DNA of 62,921 nt, filler included, from Octopus bimaculoides (lineage: Eukaryota), in assembly GCF_001194135.2 (NCBI RefSeq). It is 8 parts of 7 records of this genome, joined end to end, with 100 filler letters (N's around TTAATTAATTAA, not from the genome) between each part and the next. Parts side by side here need not be neighbours in the genome. Positions count along the whole stretch, not along the records: positions 41,849 to 55,090 come from NC_068983.1; positions 55,191 to 59,091 come from NW_026370780.1; positions 59,192 to 62,921 come from NC_068999.1; 5 more parts are not named here. One strand, 5' to 3'. A program made the translations under genes and the position numbers. Below are positions 52,560-62,921 of this stretch, one piece after another; the first letter of the stretch is position 1, and each line of letters starts with the position of its first letter. The notes below the pieces were generated by a model. The model worked only from the letters and a program-made list of their open reading frames with translations. It was not told the DNA's origin and did no database searches.

Positions 52560-53720
52560 CATTTTAACGTAGGACTTTCAAATGAAAAATCTGAGCGAAA
52601 ACATCATACAGCTAGGTTCCAAATATATGATATTTACAAGACATTTCCATTTATATATAGTCAAGATCTTTCCTCATTATTTTCCCAATTATACAAGTTT
52701 AATCCATTTTCAATTAAATTGCCGAATGTAATTTGGTAGCTATGCGAGATTACTTCTATCAATATATCGGAAGGAGAACCTATAATTATAATACGTTGTT
52801 TAAAATTTACTTTACTTCAAATCAATATATTTTTTTGTTCTATTCCGGGCCTGGTCAAGTAGAACCAATTTCAACTTAGTACGTTATACTTTCTGCATTG
52901 CAGGACGTTTTATGTGAAAAGACTGTAAGTTTCTACATGGACAGGTTGTCTCAGTATTTTATGGAGTGATTCTCAAATTAGTGGTGGAGCTGTACCTGGC
53001 TTTGATGTTATAACTCTTGAAAAGTTTTGTGTATTTGTAGTTTATAGGCAAGTCTTTGTCAGTGAACGTTAAGAAATTTTTTCGAAGCTGGATGTAGCAT
53101 TAAGTGAAAATGAAGGTTAAACCTTATATTACGTCATCGTCTTCTGGTTTGTTGTTGCTAGAGGTTGAGTATATATTTGAGTTTCTCTATGGAACAATCG
53201 GTAGCGGTAAGATGCAGCTTTATCAGCTATATTTTTACTACATTGGCAAGGATCCTTATGCATATAAGTCAATTTTCTTATTTGGATTTTTGTATGATTC
53301 ACAGAGATTTGTGATTAAGTATAGAGTTACGTCTAAACAAAATCTACGGTAATGAGAGTAGTTGGTCAATTTCAACAAGAAAGCTCTGACGCTCTATATT
53401 ATTTCCTTTCATAGTTTAGATAGAGCACATTGATTCATGTCTTTGGATATAGTCATAGTCTTTACATAATCCGAAATCTATACCGATGAATTCTTCGCTA
53501 AATTTAACGAGCAAATTGATGGTAGAGCTGTACCTGATTTGAAAAGTTTTGTATATTTGTAGAGATCCTTAGTTTTATCAAAATAATGATTGTTTTAGTA
53601 GAGTTCATAATCATTTTCGTGTTGGGTTCAAGCTTATTTTTGAAGAGGTCGGTATGTTTACGAAAATTAATATTTTTAAACCAATCTCCTACTAAAAACA
53701 TATTTGATAGGACAGTTCCC
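52560..53720 (-). mobile_element. Old Penelope-like relic (RT C-terminal linker plus GIY-YIG)
   Basis: YKYTKLFKSYNIKARYSSTTNL, CNAESITY, KKYID, FKQR, YING; heavy decay; internal duplication 52974-53040 / 53512-53562. Confidence 0.55.
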
Positions 53721-54897
53721 TATTAAAACGTTGTTTTGGAACCAAGAGACTCAAAGAGAAAATCGTACACAGCTAATATATACTTCATCATATATAGTTA
53801 TTTATGGATGAATTTTTGAAATTTTTTTGAGTTTCATCATTTTGAAAAGCCTGTTAAATGTGCTTTGAGGACATTTCAAACGAATTTTATAATTTTTTAA
53901 TTTAGAAAGAAAACTTATGTGTCTGCAACACAGACTATAACAAGGGAGATGGAAGACTTGTGTAGCTACATTGAAGAGATGATTAGTGGTTGAGTTCAGA
54001 AGATATAAAATGTACTGCTATAGTCAAGCCATTAATAACAATTCGGTAAGAACTTAAATTTTCGACAGATTTGATTGCAACGCGAGATTGGGTTTTACGC
54101 TCTCGGTATGTTAGTAGCAGAAATAAAGGGGAGATAATTGCCAAATACTCCTTTGTATACTGTGAGAACACTAACATATAATAATACAGAACCATTTCAA
54201 TGGTGTATGTGTAATTTAAATCCCTTAAGTGTAAATTTAGAATGAATAATGCCAAAGGACATGCAATATTATCCAACTGGATTCCATAATAATTTATTGC
54301 AAAAAATGTTTAAATTATTTTATAGTATTATTTGAAGTGAGAGTTATAAGTTTAATTAACAGTTATTATTCGAGAAAGGAAAAATTTAAGTGGGTGGAAG
54401 TTACATCATGATGCGGTTGATTATTATAAAATGGATTTAAATAATATAAAGCAAAAGAATGAAAAATCGAAAGAAATGTGCTATATCTTATGAGGTGTGT
54501 CTAATTAAACAGCGTGAATGAACAAGTATTATGAAGGGGTGTACTCGTTATTTTAAAATTACCATGAAAACACTGTAGTAGAGCAAAATAACATTGAAAT
54601 GTATAAAGGAATACATTGGGGTTGATAATTTTCAAACTTGTAATTAAGCGAGTTGCTATAAGTTGCCACCTCTTAGTTGTTTTACAAATAAAGGGGTTTC
54701 ATTTCAGAGGTTTCATAATGTAAACAAGTAATGTAGGCTTAAAACTTATAAGTAATCACCGCGCAATGACTAAAGAAAATAGTCTAAAAATCGACGCTGC
54801 TTAGTAAAATCATCACAGTAAAAGCACATGAAAGTTAGTTTACAAAAACAACTACGAAATAATTATAGTTCTTAAATTTGACGGAAAAAGGCAGGTT

Positions 54898-54970
54898 TGT
54901 GCGTCGGTGTAACGGTAACACACTTGGTCGAGTAAACAAACAGGTGTGGGCTCGTGTCCCACGCGTACGG
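54898..54970 (+). pseudogene. tRNA-like pseudogene, most like tRNA-Thr(AGT), or solitary SINE head
   Basis: Acceptor TGTGCGT/GCGTACG with wobbles, D stem GTGT/ACAC, GTCGAGTAAAC anticodon region, perfect T stem GTGGG/CCCAC with 7-nt loop, T-run at 54980-54990; T loop and spacing are abnormal. Confidence 0.5.
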
Positions 54971-55190
54971 AAAAACCAATTTTTTTTTTTCAGTCGAGAG
55001 CTTATATGCCCCATTATTTAGACTATTTTCTTTAGTCATTACGCGGTGATTGCTTATAGGCTTTCAGCTTATAAAATACTATTATATATANNNNNNNNNN
55101 NNNNNNNNNNNNNNNNNNNNNNNNNNNNNNNNNNTTAATTAATTAANNNNNNNNNNNNNNNNNNNNNNNNNNNNNNNNNNNNNNNNNNNN

Positions 55191-55470
55191 AAGTACCAGT
55201 GAAACACTGGGGTCGATGTAATCGACTAGTCCCCTCATCCCAAATTTCAAGGCCTTGTGCTTTTAGTAGAAAGGATTATTATTATTATTATCAAGTTGGT
55301 GAGCTGGCAGAATCATTAGCATGTTGGAGAAATGCTTAGAGGTAATTCACCCCGTCGCTACGTTCTGAGTTCAAATTCCGCCAAGGTCGACTTTGCCTTT
55401 CATCCTTTCGGGGTCGATAAAACAAATTACTTGTTGAGTACGGGAGACGCTGTAATCAACTTCTCCCCTC
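55191..55470 (+). mobile_element. Second-family SINE tail followed by another copy
   Basis: Homologous to 37905-38090. Confidence 0.8.
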
Positions 55471-55756
55471 TTTTTATAATCGCTGGCCCTCAATCCTGCA
55501 AACAGACCGGCATCTTGTTTAGGATCGCTTATGCGCCAAGGAAACTGAGCAGCCGGCCTGAGACGACGGGCTCAAGACAGAACTCCTCCCAAAATGTCCA
55601 GTCTTGAGTTCGCTTACTGTTAGAGGTAGTAGCAACAGTAGTAGTAGTAGTTGTAGTAGTAGTAGTAGCAGCTGCACCCTAATTACAATTCTTTCTCCAA
55701 TTCTCACTATCTGTGTGTGTGTGTGTGTGTGTATACACCCGTATATGTATGTGTGC

Positions 55757-55797
<41 letters not shown>

Positions 55798-56663
55798 GTG
55801 TGTGTATGTATGTATGTATGTATGTATGTATGTATGTATCACTCCCACGGTCTCTTCTAACTTTCTGCTCGTCCCCCCNNNNNNNNNNNNNNNNNNNNNN
55901 NNNNNNNNNNNNNNNNNNNNNNNNNNNNNNNNNNNNNNNNNNNNNNNNNNNNNNNNNNNNNNNNNNNNNNNNNNNNNNNNNNNNNNNNNNNNNNNNNNNN
56001 NNNNNNNNNNNNNNNNNNNNNNNNNNNNNNNNNNNNNNNNNNNNNNNNNNNNNNNNNNNNNNNNNNNNNNNNNNNNNNNNNNNNNNNNNNNNNNNNNNNN
56101 NNNNNNNNNNNNNNNNNNNNNNNNNNNNNNNNNNNNNNNNNNNNNNNNNNNNNNNNNNNNNNNNNNNNNNNNNNNNNNNNNNNNNNNNNNNNNNNNNNNN
56201 NNNNNNNNNNNNNNNNNNNNNNNNNNNNNNNNNNNNNNNNNNNNNNNNNNNNNNNNNNNNNNNNNNNNNNNNNNNNNNNNNNNNNNNNNNNNNNNNNNNN
56301 NNNNNNNNNNNNNNNNNNNNNNNNNNNNNNNNNNNNNNNNNNNNNNNNNNNNNNNNNNNNNNNNNNNNNNNNNNNNNNNNNNNNNNNNNNNNNNNNNNNN
56401 NNNNNNNNNNNNNNNNNNNNNNNNNNNNNNNNNNNNNNNNNNNNNNNNNNNNNNNNNNNNNNNNNNNNNNNNNNNNNNNNNNNNNNNNNNNNNNNNNNNN
56501 NNNNNNNNNNNNNNNNNNNNNNNNNNNNNNNNNNNNNNNNNNNNNNNNNNNNNNNNNNNNNNNNNTGTTGCCACGGAACCTCCGCCGCCACCATCACCAC
56601 CGTTTTCGCACCTCGCAGACTATGTCACCCCCTCCACCACCAAGCTGCAACACCATTCTAACA

Positions 56664-56694
<31 letters not shown>

Positions 56695-56708
56695 TACACA
56701 CACACACA

Positions 56709-56748
<40 letters not shown>

Positions 56749-56809
56749 CCACCGACACTCAATGTGAACCACGGTCTCTCTCTCGTCTCGAGTGGCACAT
56801 CGAAGCCTA

Positions 56810-58470
56810 CTTTTTCTGCTTCACTCACATTTAATATTTCTGAAATAAAATCACTTTCGTTTCACGATTCATTTGTGTCTGCCTCCTCTCATTCAAGTCT
56901 TTCCCCTGCTTCACTCACATTTAGTACCGCACGAGTAAGACCTTCTTCACTCACATTTAGTAAACTACGAATAAGACCTTCTTCACTCACATTTAGTAAA
57001 CTACGTATAAGACCTTCTCTTCCCCCATGTCTTACTTATTCCCGTTTCACAAAGTTTCACTCATGGCTCAGTCACATTTCAGTAAAGTGTCACTCAGCTC
57101 TGACATTCGCGAGTGAAAATTCCCAACGTATTTAACTCATATCTCACTCACGTCTGACTTTCGTCTCACTCATGTCTTACTCACACCCCACTCACGTCTC
57201 CCCCATGTTTCATTCATATTTCACTCAACGTTCATTCACGTTTCCTTCACGTTTCCCTCAATGTTCACTCACGTCTCATTCATGTCTCACTCTCACTCAT
57301 ATCTCACTCTCTCTCATGTCTCACTCTCTCTCATGTCTCATTCATGTCTCACTCTCATTCATATCTCTCGCCGGCATCACTCATATCTGAATCAATGCTC
57401 TCTTTCAACTCACGCATGTCGCACTCACACGCCACTCACGTCTCATCCATGTTTCACTCAGTGTTCACTCGCGTCTAACACCCGTTTCATTCATGTCTTA
57501 CTTACATCTTATGGTTCACTCCTGTCTCTCTCAGGCAACACTCATGTCTCAATCAGTGTTCTCCCAACTCAGACATGTCTCAGTCACATCTCACTCAATG
57601 TTTTACTCATATTTGATACCACCTCTAAATGATGTTTCAGTCAACTCACTCACTTCTCACTCACGTCTCACTCTTGTCTCCCTCGAATCTCCCTTTCTTC
57701 CAACATCTCCACTCTGCTTCATTCATGTCTTACCCATATCTCACTCATGTTTCACCCACCTCTCGCTAATATCTCACTCATGTTTCACCCACCTCTCGCT
57801 AATATCTCACTCATGTTTCACCCACCTCTCGCTAATATCTCACTCATGTTTCACCCACCTCTCGCTTAATATCTCACTCATCAACTAAAAAAAAATTTTT
57901 TTAATCATAATATCAAAGTCGGGTCTCATTCAAGTTTCCCTCAACTCCCACTAGAGTCACTCTTCAGCTTCGTTCATCCTTAACACCCCTTCACTTTTGC
58001 TTCATCCTTTCTGCTTCACGTCTAACATCCCCAATTCTGTCATATTTCATATTCCACATACCGCACTCACGTACCTTATGTTCCACTCACACCAGTCTCA
58101 TGTCGTACTCACGTCCTGTCCTCATCTCCACGTATCCTTCGTCAACACCTGTCCCTTTCAGCTTCATGTCCCGCTCATCGATACCTCAAAGCTCCCCTCA
58201 TTTCCTCATGTCTCACTCACGCAATGCTTCACATCCCACTCGTTTGCCTCCTGTCTCACTCACGTATATCTCATGCCACACTCATGCACCTCATCTCCTC
58301 ACTCATATACATCCCACGTCACTCTCACGTCCCCTCTCAACGGCGATAAGTCACACTTGCCTTTTTTTCAACGTGATGTTTTCACTCATGTACAACATTA
58401 CTCTACAGTCTCCACTCAATGCCTCCTCACTCGTCACGCACACTCGAAACACATCCAGAATGACTCACAC
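56810..58470. repeat. Degenerate satellite built on a (T)CTCACTCA(T/C)G-like motif, with 36-bp x3 (56909-57016) and 33-bp x4 (57736-57881) sub-arrays
   Basis: Motif recurs throughout; exact sub-repeats are readable; plus strand is strongly G-poor. Confidence 0.85.
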
Positions 58471-58506
58471 GCAACATGACTATGAGAGGCTCTGAGGGAC
58501 GCTGAC

Positions 58507-58573
58507 GGTGACGTCACCATAATTAAGGTGACTTCACCATGGTTAAGGTGACGTCACCATGGTTAAGGCGACG
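58507..58573. repeat. 20-bp minisatellite x3 of palindromic GGTGACGTCACC units
   Basis: Units at 58507, 58527 and 58547; TGACGTCA at 58509-58516 and 58549-58556. Confidence 0.9.
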
Positions 58574-58880
58574 AGGACGGCGATGGTGGTGTTGATGACG
58601 GTGAGGAAGATGGTGGTGGTGGTGGCGGTGGCGGTGGTGATGATGATGATGATGATGATGAGGAGGAGGATGGCGGTGATGACAGTGAAGACACTGGGGG
58701 TGTCGACGACGAGGGCGGTGATGACGGTGGGATGATGGTGATGGTTATGATGATGACGACGACGATGAAGTCGATGATGATATTCATTAATGGTGATGAT
58801 GATGATGATGATGATGATGAGGGTGGGTGGGAGATGAGGCTGATGCTAACGATAATGATGAAGATGACGATGAGAATGAT
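58574..58880. repeat. Degenerate (GAT/GGT/GAC)n trinucleotide tract
   Basis: Direct reading; source of poly-S/P ORF artefacts. Confidence 0.9.
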
Positions 58881-58957
58881 GCTGTTTATATTGCTACAGA
58901 AATAAAATAAAAACAAATAAAAAAATTGTCAGACATCGGTCATCACGTTTGATTCGG

Positions 58958-59053
58958 TAATAATAATAATAATAATAATAATAACAACAACAACAACAAC
59001 AACAACAATAATAATAATAATAATAATAATAATGATAATAATAATAATAATAA
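58958..59053. repeat. (AAT)n/(AAC)n microsatellite
   Basis: Direct reading. Confidence 0.95.
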
Positions 59054-59280
59054 CGAGAACGTAAAAATATAAAATGCCTTTTAAGGAAGAGNNNNNNNNN
59101 NNNNNNNNNNNNNNNNNNNNNNNNNNNNNNNNNNNTTAATTAATTAANNNNNNNNNNNNNNNNNNNNNNNNNNNNNNNNNNNNNNNNNNNNATCGAAATG
59201 TGATTGTTTCAGTTAGTGGAATAGTTTCATTTTTAAAGTGAAAGTATTTGACATGAGTGTTTTTGTTTCACTTTTGACAC

Positions 59281-59441
59281 TTAATACTTAAATAGTGGAG
59301 GAGATATTATGTTGCCGTGTGCTCGAACTCTGCAAGAAGTTAATAATTTTTTTTGACTAAAACACAACTGGAACCCTAAGTAAGGCATGTGTAAAATTTG
59401 AATGAAATTGGTTGCGTAGTTCTCGAGTTTTAGGGATTCAC

Positions 59442-59492
<51 letters not shown>

Positions 59493-59526
59493 CACAGACA
59501 CACATTCTCATTTTTATATATATAGA
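59281..59526 (-). mobile_element. 5' part of a Helitron-like non-autonomous element
   Basis: Minus strand starts A|TCTATATATATAAAAATGAGAATG then (TCTG)n, like 11082; no 3' CTAG end found. Confidence 0.5.
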
Positions 59527-60082
59527 TAGTTTAATTCTCAACTTTTCTATGGAATTTTATTAGAAGATATTAACAAGGAATGTAGGTGTTATTTCTAGCA
59601 TGACGGGCGACACTTTACGTGCGTATACACATACAAATTTATCACTCGTTTTAATTGCTTAGTGTCATGTTAGTCCTAATCCCATTGTCCGATGATGTAT
59701 CGCATTATATCAGTGATCATTATTTTTTATTATTTTCAAGTATAGAGTACCTAGCACAACAATATCCAATGTACTCTTTAAAAAAAAATAGCAGTGTACT
59801 CTGAGTGAGATTTTAGCTTGTGGTTATAGTTGGAGTACTTTAAAACAGTCACGTGATGATCACAAATGAAACACTTTGAAAATACAGGATGGTCACGACT
59901 GGTATTTCTTTTTTTAAATAAAGGATGGTCATGATTTCAACGCTTTTAAAAGGGAGAATTGTTTGGGCTAGATTGGCCTTAAAGAAAGAGGGGCAGTCCG
60001 AGAGTCGCTCGTTTTGTGTGTCATCATGTCTTTCCGTACTGAATGTACTGACCGGAGTTATTTTCGATTTCGAGAATTTTCA

Positions 60083-60106
60083 GGAAATTTCCAACAGGTG
60101 GCGCTA
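60083..60106 (+). promoter_or_regulatory. Adjacent Rel/NF-kB-like palindrome and CTCF-like motif upstream of the caspase
   Basis: GGAAATTTCC 60083-60092; CCAACAGGTGGCGCTA 60091-60106 (one mismatch to CCASYAGRKGGCRS); motif match only. Confidence 0.35.
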
Positions 60107-60318
60107 TAGGAGTACATGAAAAGTCACCGCCCTTTAGTTGGAATAGCTTCCGATACATAAAGTTGCGATTGAGTTTTTATTAATTCTCGTGTGGAATATT
60201 TCTTAACGATACAGACCCTAATCACTTTTCTAGGATTTTCGACTTTACCCTTTAAACAAATAAGTGCTAATTTTACTGAGTGATAACGGATTTAGATTCA
60301 GGTAATTTCTTTGATATA

Positions 60319-61158
60319 ATGACTACTACAGATGCTCGATGTGTAAGTGTAACTGGCGATCAGAATCGTCGACCAATTGTGGAAGATTTAATGAATTGTT
60401 TCCATAAATATGATATGACGCATAAAAAGCGAGGTGTAGCCTACATCTTCAACAATGAAAATTTCGAAGACCCGAACCTTAAACCTCGTCATGGCTCATC
60501 AAAAGACACAGAAGATTTTAAAAACGCATTAATGAAACTTGGGTTCGAAGAAGATGATATCAATCTTTATACAGACGCAACAATCCAAGAAATGCTCGAC
60601 GCTTTGGATCTTTTTGGCAAAGAAAATTCCGATATTGATATTGATTGCTTTATTTGTGCAATTTTAAGTCATGGTGGATCAGACGATATTATCCATGGGT
60701 TCGACGGTCCAGTGGAGCTAGAAAAAGTGCTTTCTTGCCTGAGACCCGATCGTTGTAAACTTCTCACAGGAATACCTAAATTATTCTTTATTCAAGCGTG
60801 TCGTGGAACTACACCTGATATGGGAATCGAAAAAAATGATGCTGATTACATAGATCATGAAGAAAGGTCACCTAAAATTCCAATAATGGCAGATATGTTG
60901 GTTGTTTATTCATCATGTAATAAATATCCTTCTTTCAGAGATGAAAAAGATGGCTCGTGGTTTATGCAAGCTTTAAGTAAAATTTTGACAGAATATGGCA
61001 CTCAGTGTGAAATTTTGAAACTTTTAACTGCTGTCTCTAACCGTGTTGCCGCTTTAGGCTTCCGAAGTTCGGCTAATCCGGAATACAATGGCTGTAAACA
61101 AATGCCTCACATTATGTCGACATTGATTAAAGAACTAAAGTTTGAACAAAAAAATTAA
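60319..61158 (+). CDS. Caspase-3/7-like effector caspase (peptidase C14A), whole p20+p10 in one exon, 279 aa from the first ATG (frame open from 60280)
   Basis: YDMTHKKRGVAYIFNNENF, PRHG, ILSHG (His 60670-60672), FIQACRG (Cys 60799-60801), KIPIMAD, GSWFMQAL, KQMPHIMSTLIKEL; no stops; short or no prodomain; possible AG acceptors at 60280, 60295 and 60301 allow an unseen 5' exon. Confidence 0.95.
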   Translation: MTTTDARCVSVTGDQNRRPIVEDLMNCFHKYDMTHKKRGVAYIFNNENFEDPNLKPRHGSSKDTEDFKNALMKLGFEEDDINLYTDATIQEMLDALDLFGKENSDIDIDCFICAILSHGGSDDIIHGFDGPVELEKVLSCLRPDRCKLLTGIPKLFFIQACRGTTPDMGIEKNDADYIDHEERSPKIPIMADMLVVYSSCNKYPSFRDEKDGSWFMQALSKILTEYGTQCEILKLLTAVSNRVAALGFRSSANPEYNGCKQMPHIMSTLIKELKFEQKN

Positions 61159-61445
61159 ATGCACACACACACACACACGTATATATAAAAAGTTCGTATA
61201 TCTACAAATACACAAACACTACTTTTACATATAATATCTAGGTCAACAATGTTACATTGATAAATGTAATATTTTAAACTAATTAATTTCTATAATTGTT
61301 AATATGTTTTAAAACTTGATTTGGTTTCATAAATATCCTGTACCCTTTTAACGTGTTTAACTAAAACTATTCTCTACCATTCATTTGTAAAAAAATACAC
61401 TTGCCCTACTTTTGTAAACATACGGATATATAAACGAAATAGACA

Positions 61446-62302
61446 TGAAGGGGTGCTGAAAAGTTGCTGGCTTTGGGTAAAAGGAAATACAAGTGGACCA
61501 GTTTATTATGATTTTATTCAACATATTCCCCCTCTCAGATCCACACACTTATTGCAGCAGACCTTCAGTTGGTCCAGATGGACTATGTGTAATCTGAACC
61601 TTTCCCCCCTTGTTTTTTTTGTTTTTTTTACGAAATCCCACGTTTTAGGCTATGGAGATTCCGATTCTGAAAAAAGATTTTCAAAAATCTCAATTTCAAA
61701 ATTTCGATTCTCCCCACCTCCGGTTTTTATATAGATCCACAGGGTAAACCTAACCCTAACTCAAACCCTAACCCTAACCCTGANNNNNNNNNNNNNNNNN
61801 NNNTTTTTTTTACGAAATCCCACGTTTTAGGCTATGGAGATTCCGATTCTGAAAAAAGATTTTCAAAAATCTCAATTTCAAAATTTCGATTCTCCCCACC
61901 TCCGGTTTTTATATAGATCCACAGGGTAAACCTAACCCTAACTCAAACCCTAACCCTAACCCTAACCCTGACCGTAACCCTAACCCTAACCCTGATCCTA
62001 ACCCTAACCCTAAACCTAACCCTAACACTAGTTTTGTGAGATTTGGCTGTTATTTCTAGCATGTAAATAGCCTGCTTGGTAGTGGGGGGGGTTGAAATTT
62101 TTCAAAAAATTTTTTTTCAGAATCGGAATCTCCATAGCCTAAAACGTGGGATTCCGTAAAAATAATTAATAAATAAGGGGGAGAAAGGTTCAGATTGCAT
62201 ATAGTCCATCTCTACCCTTCAGTTTTTCTAAGCCCTGTAGAACTCGGAGTGTTGGGCCTTTCGTGACACCTTTAAAGTCTGGTACTTTTCAGCACCACCT
62301 CA
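61446..62302. mobile_element. Mariner-type MITE split by a nested insertion
   Basis: TIRs tgaaggggtgctgaaaagtt / acttttcagcaccacctca followed by TA; halves 61446-61570 and 62216-62302. Confidence 0.75.
61571..62215. mobile_element. Mutator-like (MULE) non-autonomous element with internal (CCCTAA)n-like array
   Basis: 9-bp TSD ccttcagtt 61562-61570 / 62216-62224; roughly 120-bp TIRs 61571-61693 / 62092-62215; telomere-like array 61929-62030. Confidence 0.8.
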
Positions 62303-62539
62303 TATATACTTTTTTTTTTTCAAAATAATTTTGCTCTCCAAAAGTTGAATAAACATTGTCTTATATACAACTAAATATGAACACCGTATTTTATTGAAGT
62401 AGTTTCATTTACCAAAGTGTTCTTTACAGAGAGAATTTCTGTTTTTTAATGCATTTCTATTATCTCAGCTCCATTTGCCATTCGTTGGTTGGAAACTGAT
62501 GTATCTTAATTTTATCTTTTTTTATTCGATATTACTACA

Positions 62540-62870
62540 GATTTCTATCCCCACTCCCCAACTTTGAATGATCATAACTTTCAGAAAAATGGATATTTTT
62601 TAATGAAATTTTCTACGAATATGTGTTATATCCTGTAGATTCCGAATATACAAAATGTTTTGGGGGTAAGTGTTTTAGGTGGGGAATTTCAGAAAATTCA
62701 CGGGAGTCTACTTCAATTCGTCTTAACTTTCAAGAAAATGGATATTTTTTAATGAATTCCTCTACAAATATACCTCGGACTATGTAGTTTCAGACGACAT
62801 TGGAATTTTGGGAGTTATTTTTGAGAACTGTTCCCCACTCGGGGGTATTTCGGAACAGGTTGCCCATATG
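62540..62870. repeat. Interspersed repeat with internal direct repeats
   Basis: aacttt...aaatggatattttttaatgaa at about 62577 and 62726; similar to 14260-14400. Confidence 0.5.
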
Positions 62871-62921
62871 TTTCATTAAAAGCAGAAGCAAAAATAAGGA
62901 ATATACACGCACAGTTGAATA

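Noticed and set aside
56810-58573. CRISPR-like array or a real repeat-protein gene
   Set aside because: No repeat-spacer alternation, eukaryotic context, no splice or start evidence
2214-59147. TTAATTAATTAA islands as a conserved motif, and ORFs running through N gaps
   Set aside because: Assembly spacers; ORFs spanning N runs are artefacts
2214-59541. ORFs of [24 protein letters not shown] and poly-S/P type
   Set aside because: Translations of microsatellites
61622-61965. Apparent 162-bp tandem duplication (61622-61783 / 61804-61965)
   Set aside because: Identical copies either side of a 20-N gap; most likely an unmerged contig overlap
61929-62030. True chromosome end
   Set aside because: Short, degenerate and enclosed by transposon TIRs with ordinary sequence beyond

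Overview
AT-rich, repeat-saturated eukaryotic DNA, most likely Octopus (inferred from recalled SINE and RTE families, not from a search). Seven identical 100-bp spacers (44 N + TTAATTAATTAA + 44 N) cut the window into eight segments whose adjacency is not guaranteed. The only intact protein-coding gene I can support is a single-exon caspase-3/7-like effector caspase (60319-61158, +) with intact SHG and QACRG motifs. The rest is mobile-element debris: RTE LINEs, Gypsy LTR relics, three Penelope-like (GIY-YIG) relics, Tc1/mariner, Tigger and hAT relics, piggyBac/hAT/mariner/MULE-type MITEs, Helitron-like elements, tRNA-derived SINEs and microsatellites. The most interesting unexplained structure is a set of hammerhead-ribozyme motifs: a pair in the inverted repeats of a Penelope-like fragment, an isolated one at 31.8 kb, a decayed one at 3.0 kb, and one at 41.6 kb whose core motifs lie in a non-canonical order. 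Also notable are a MULE-like element with a telomere-like (CCCTAA)n core, an inverted SINE pair, and a CRE-palindrome minisatellite. All translations, folds and identities were read by eye.
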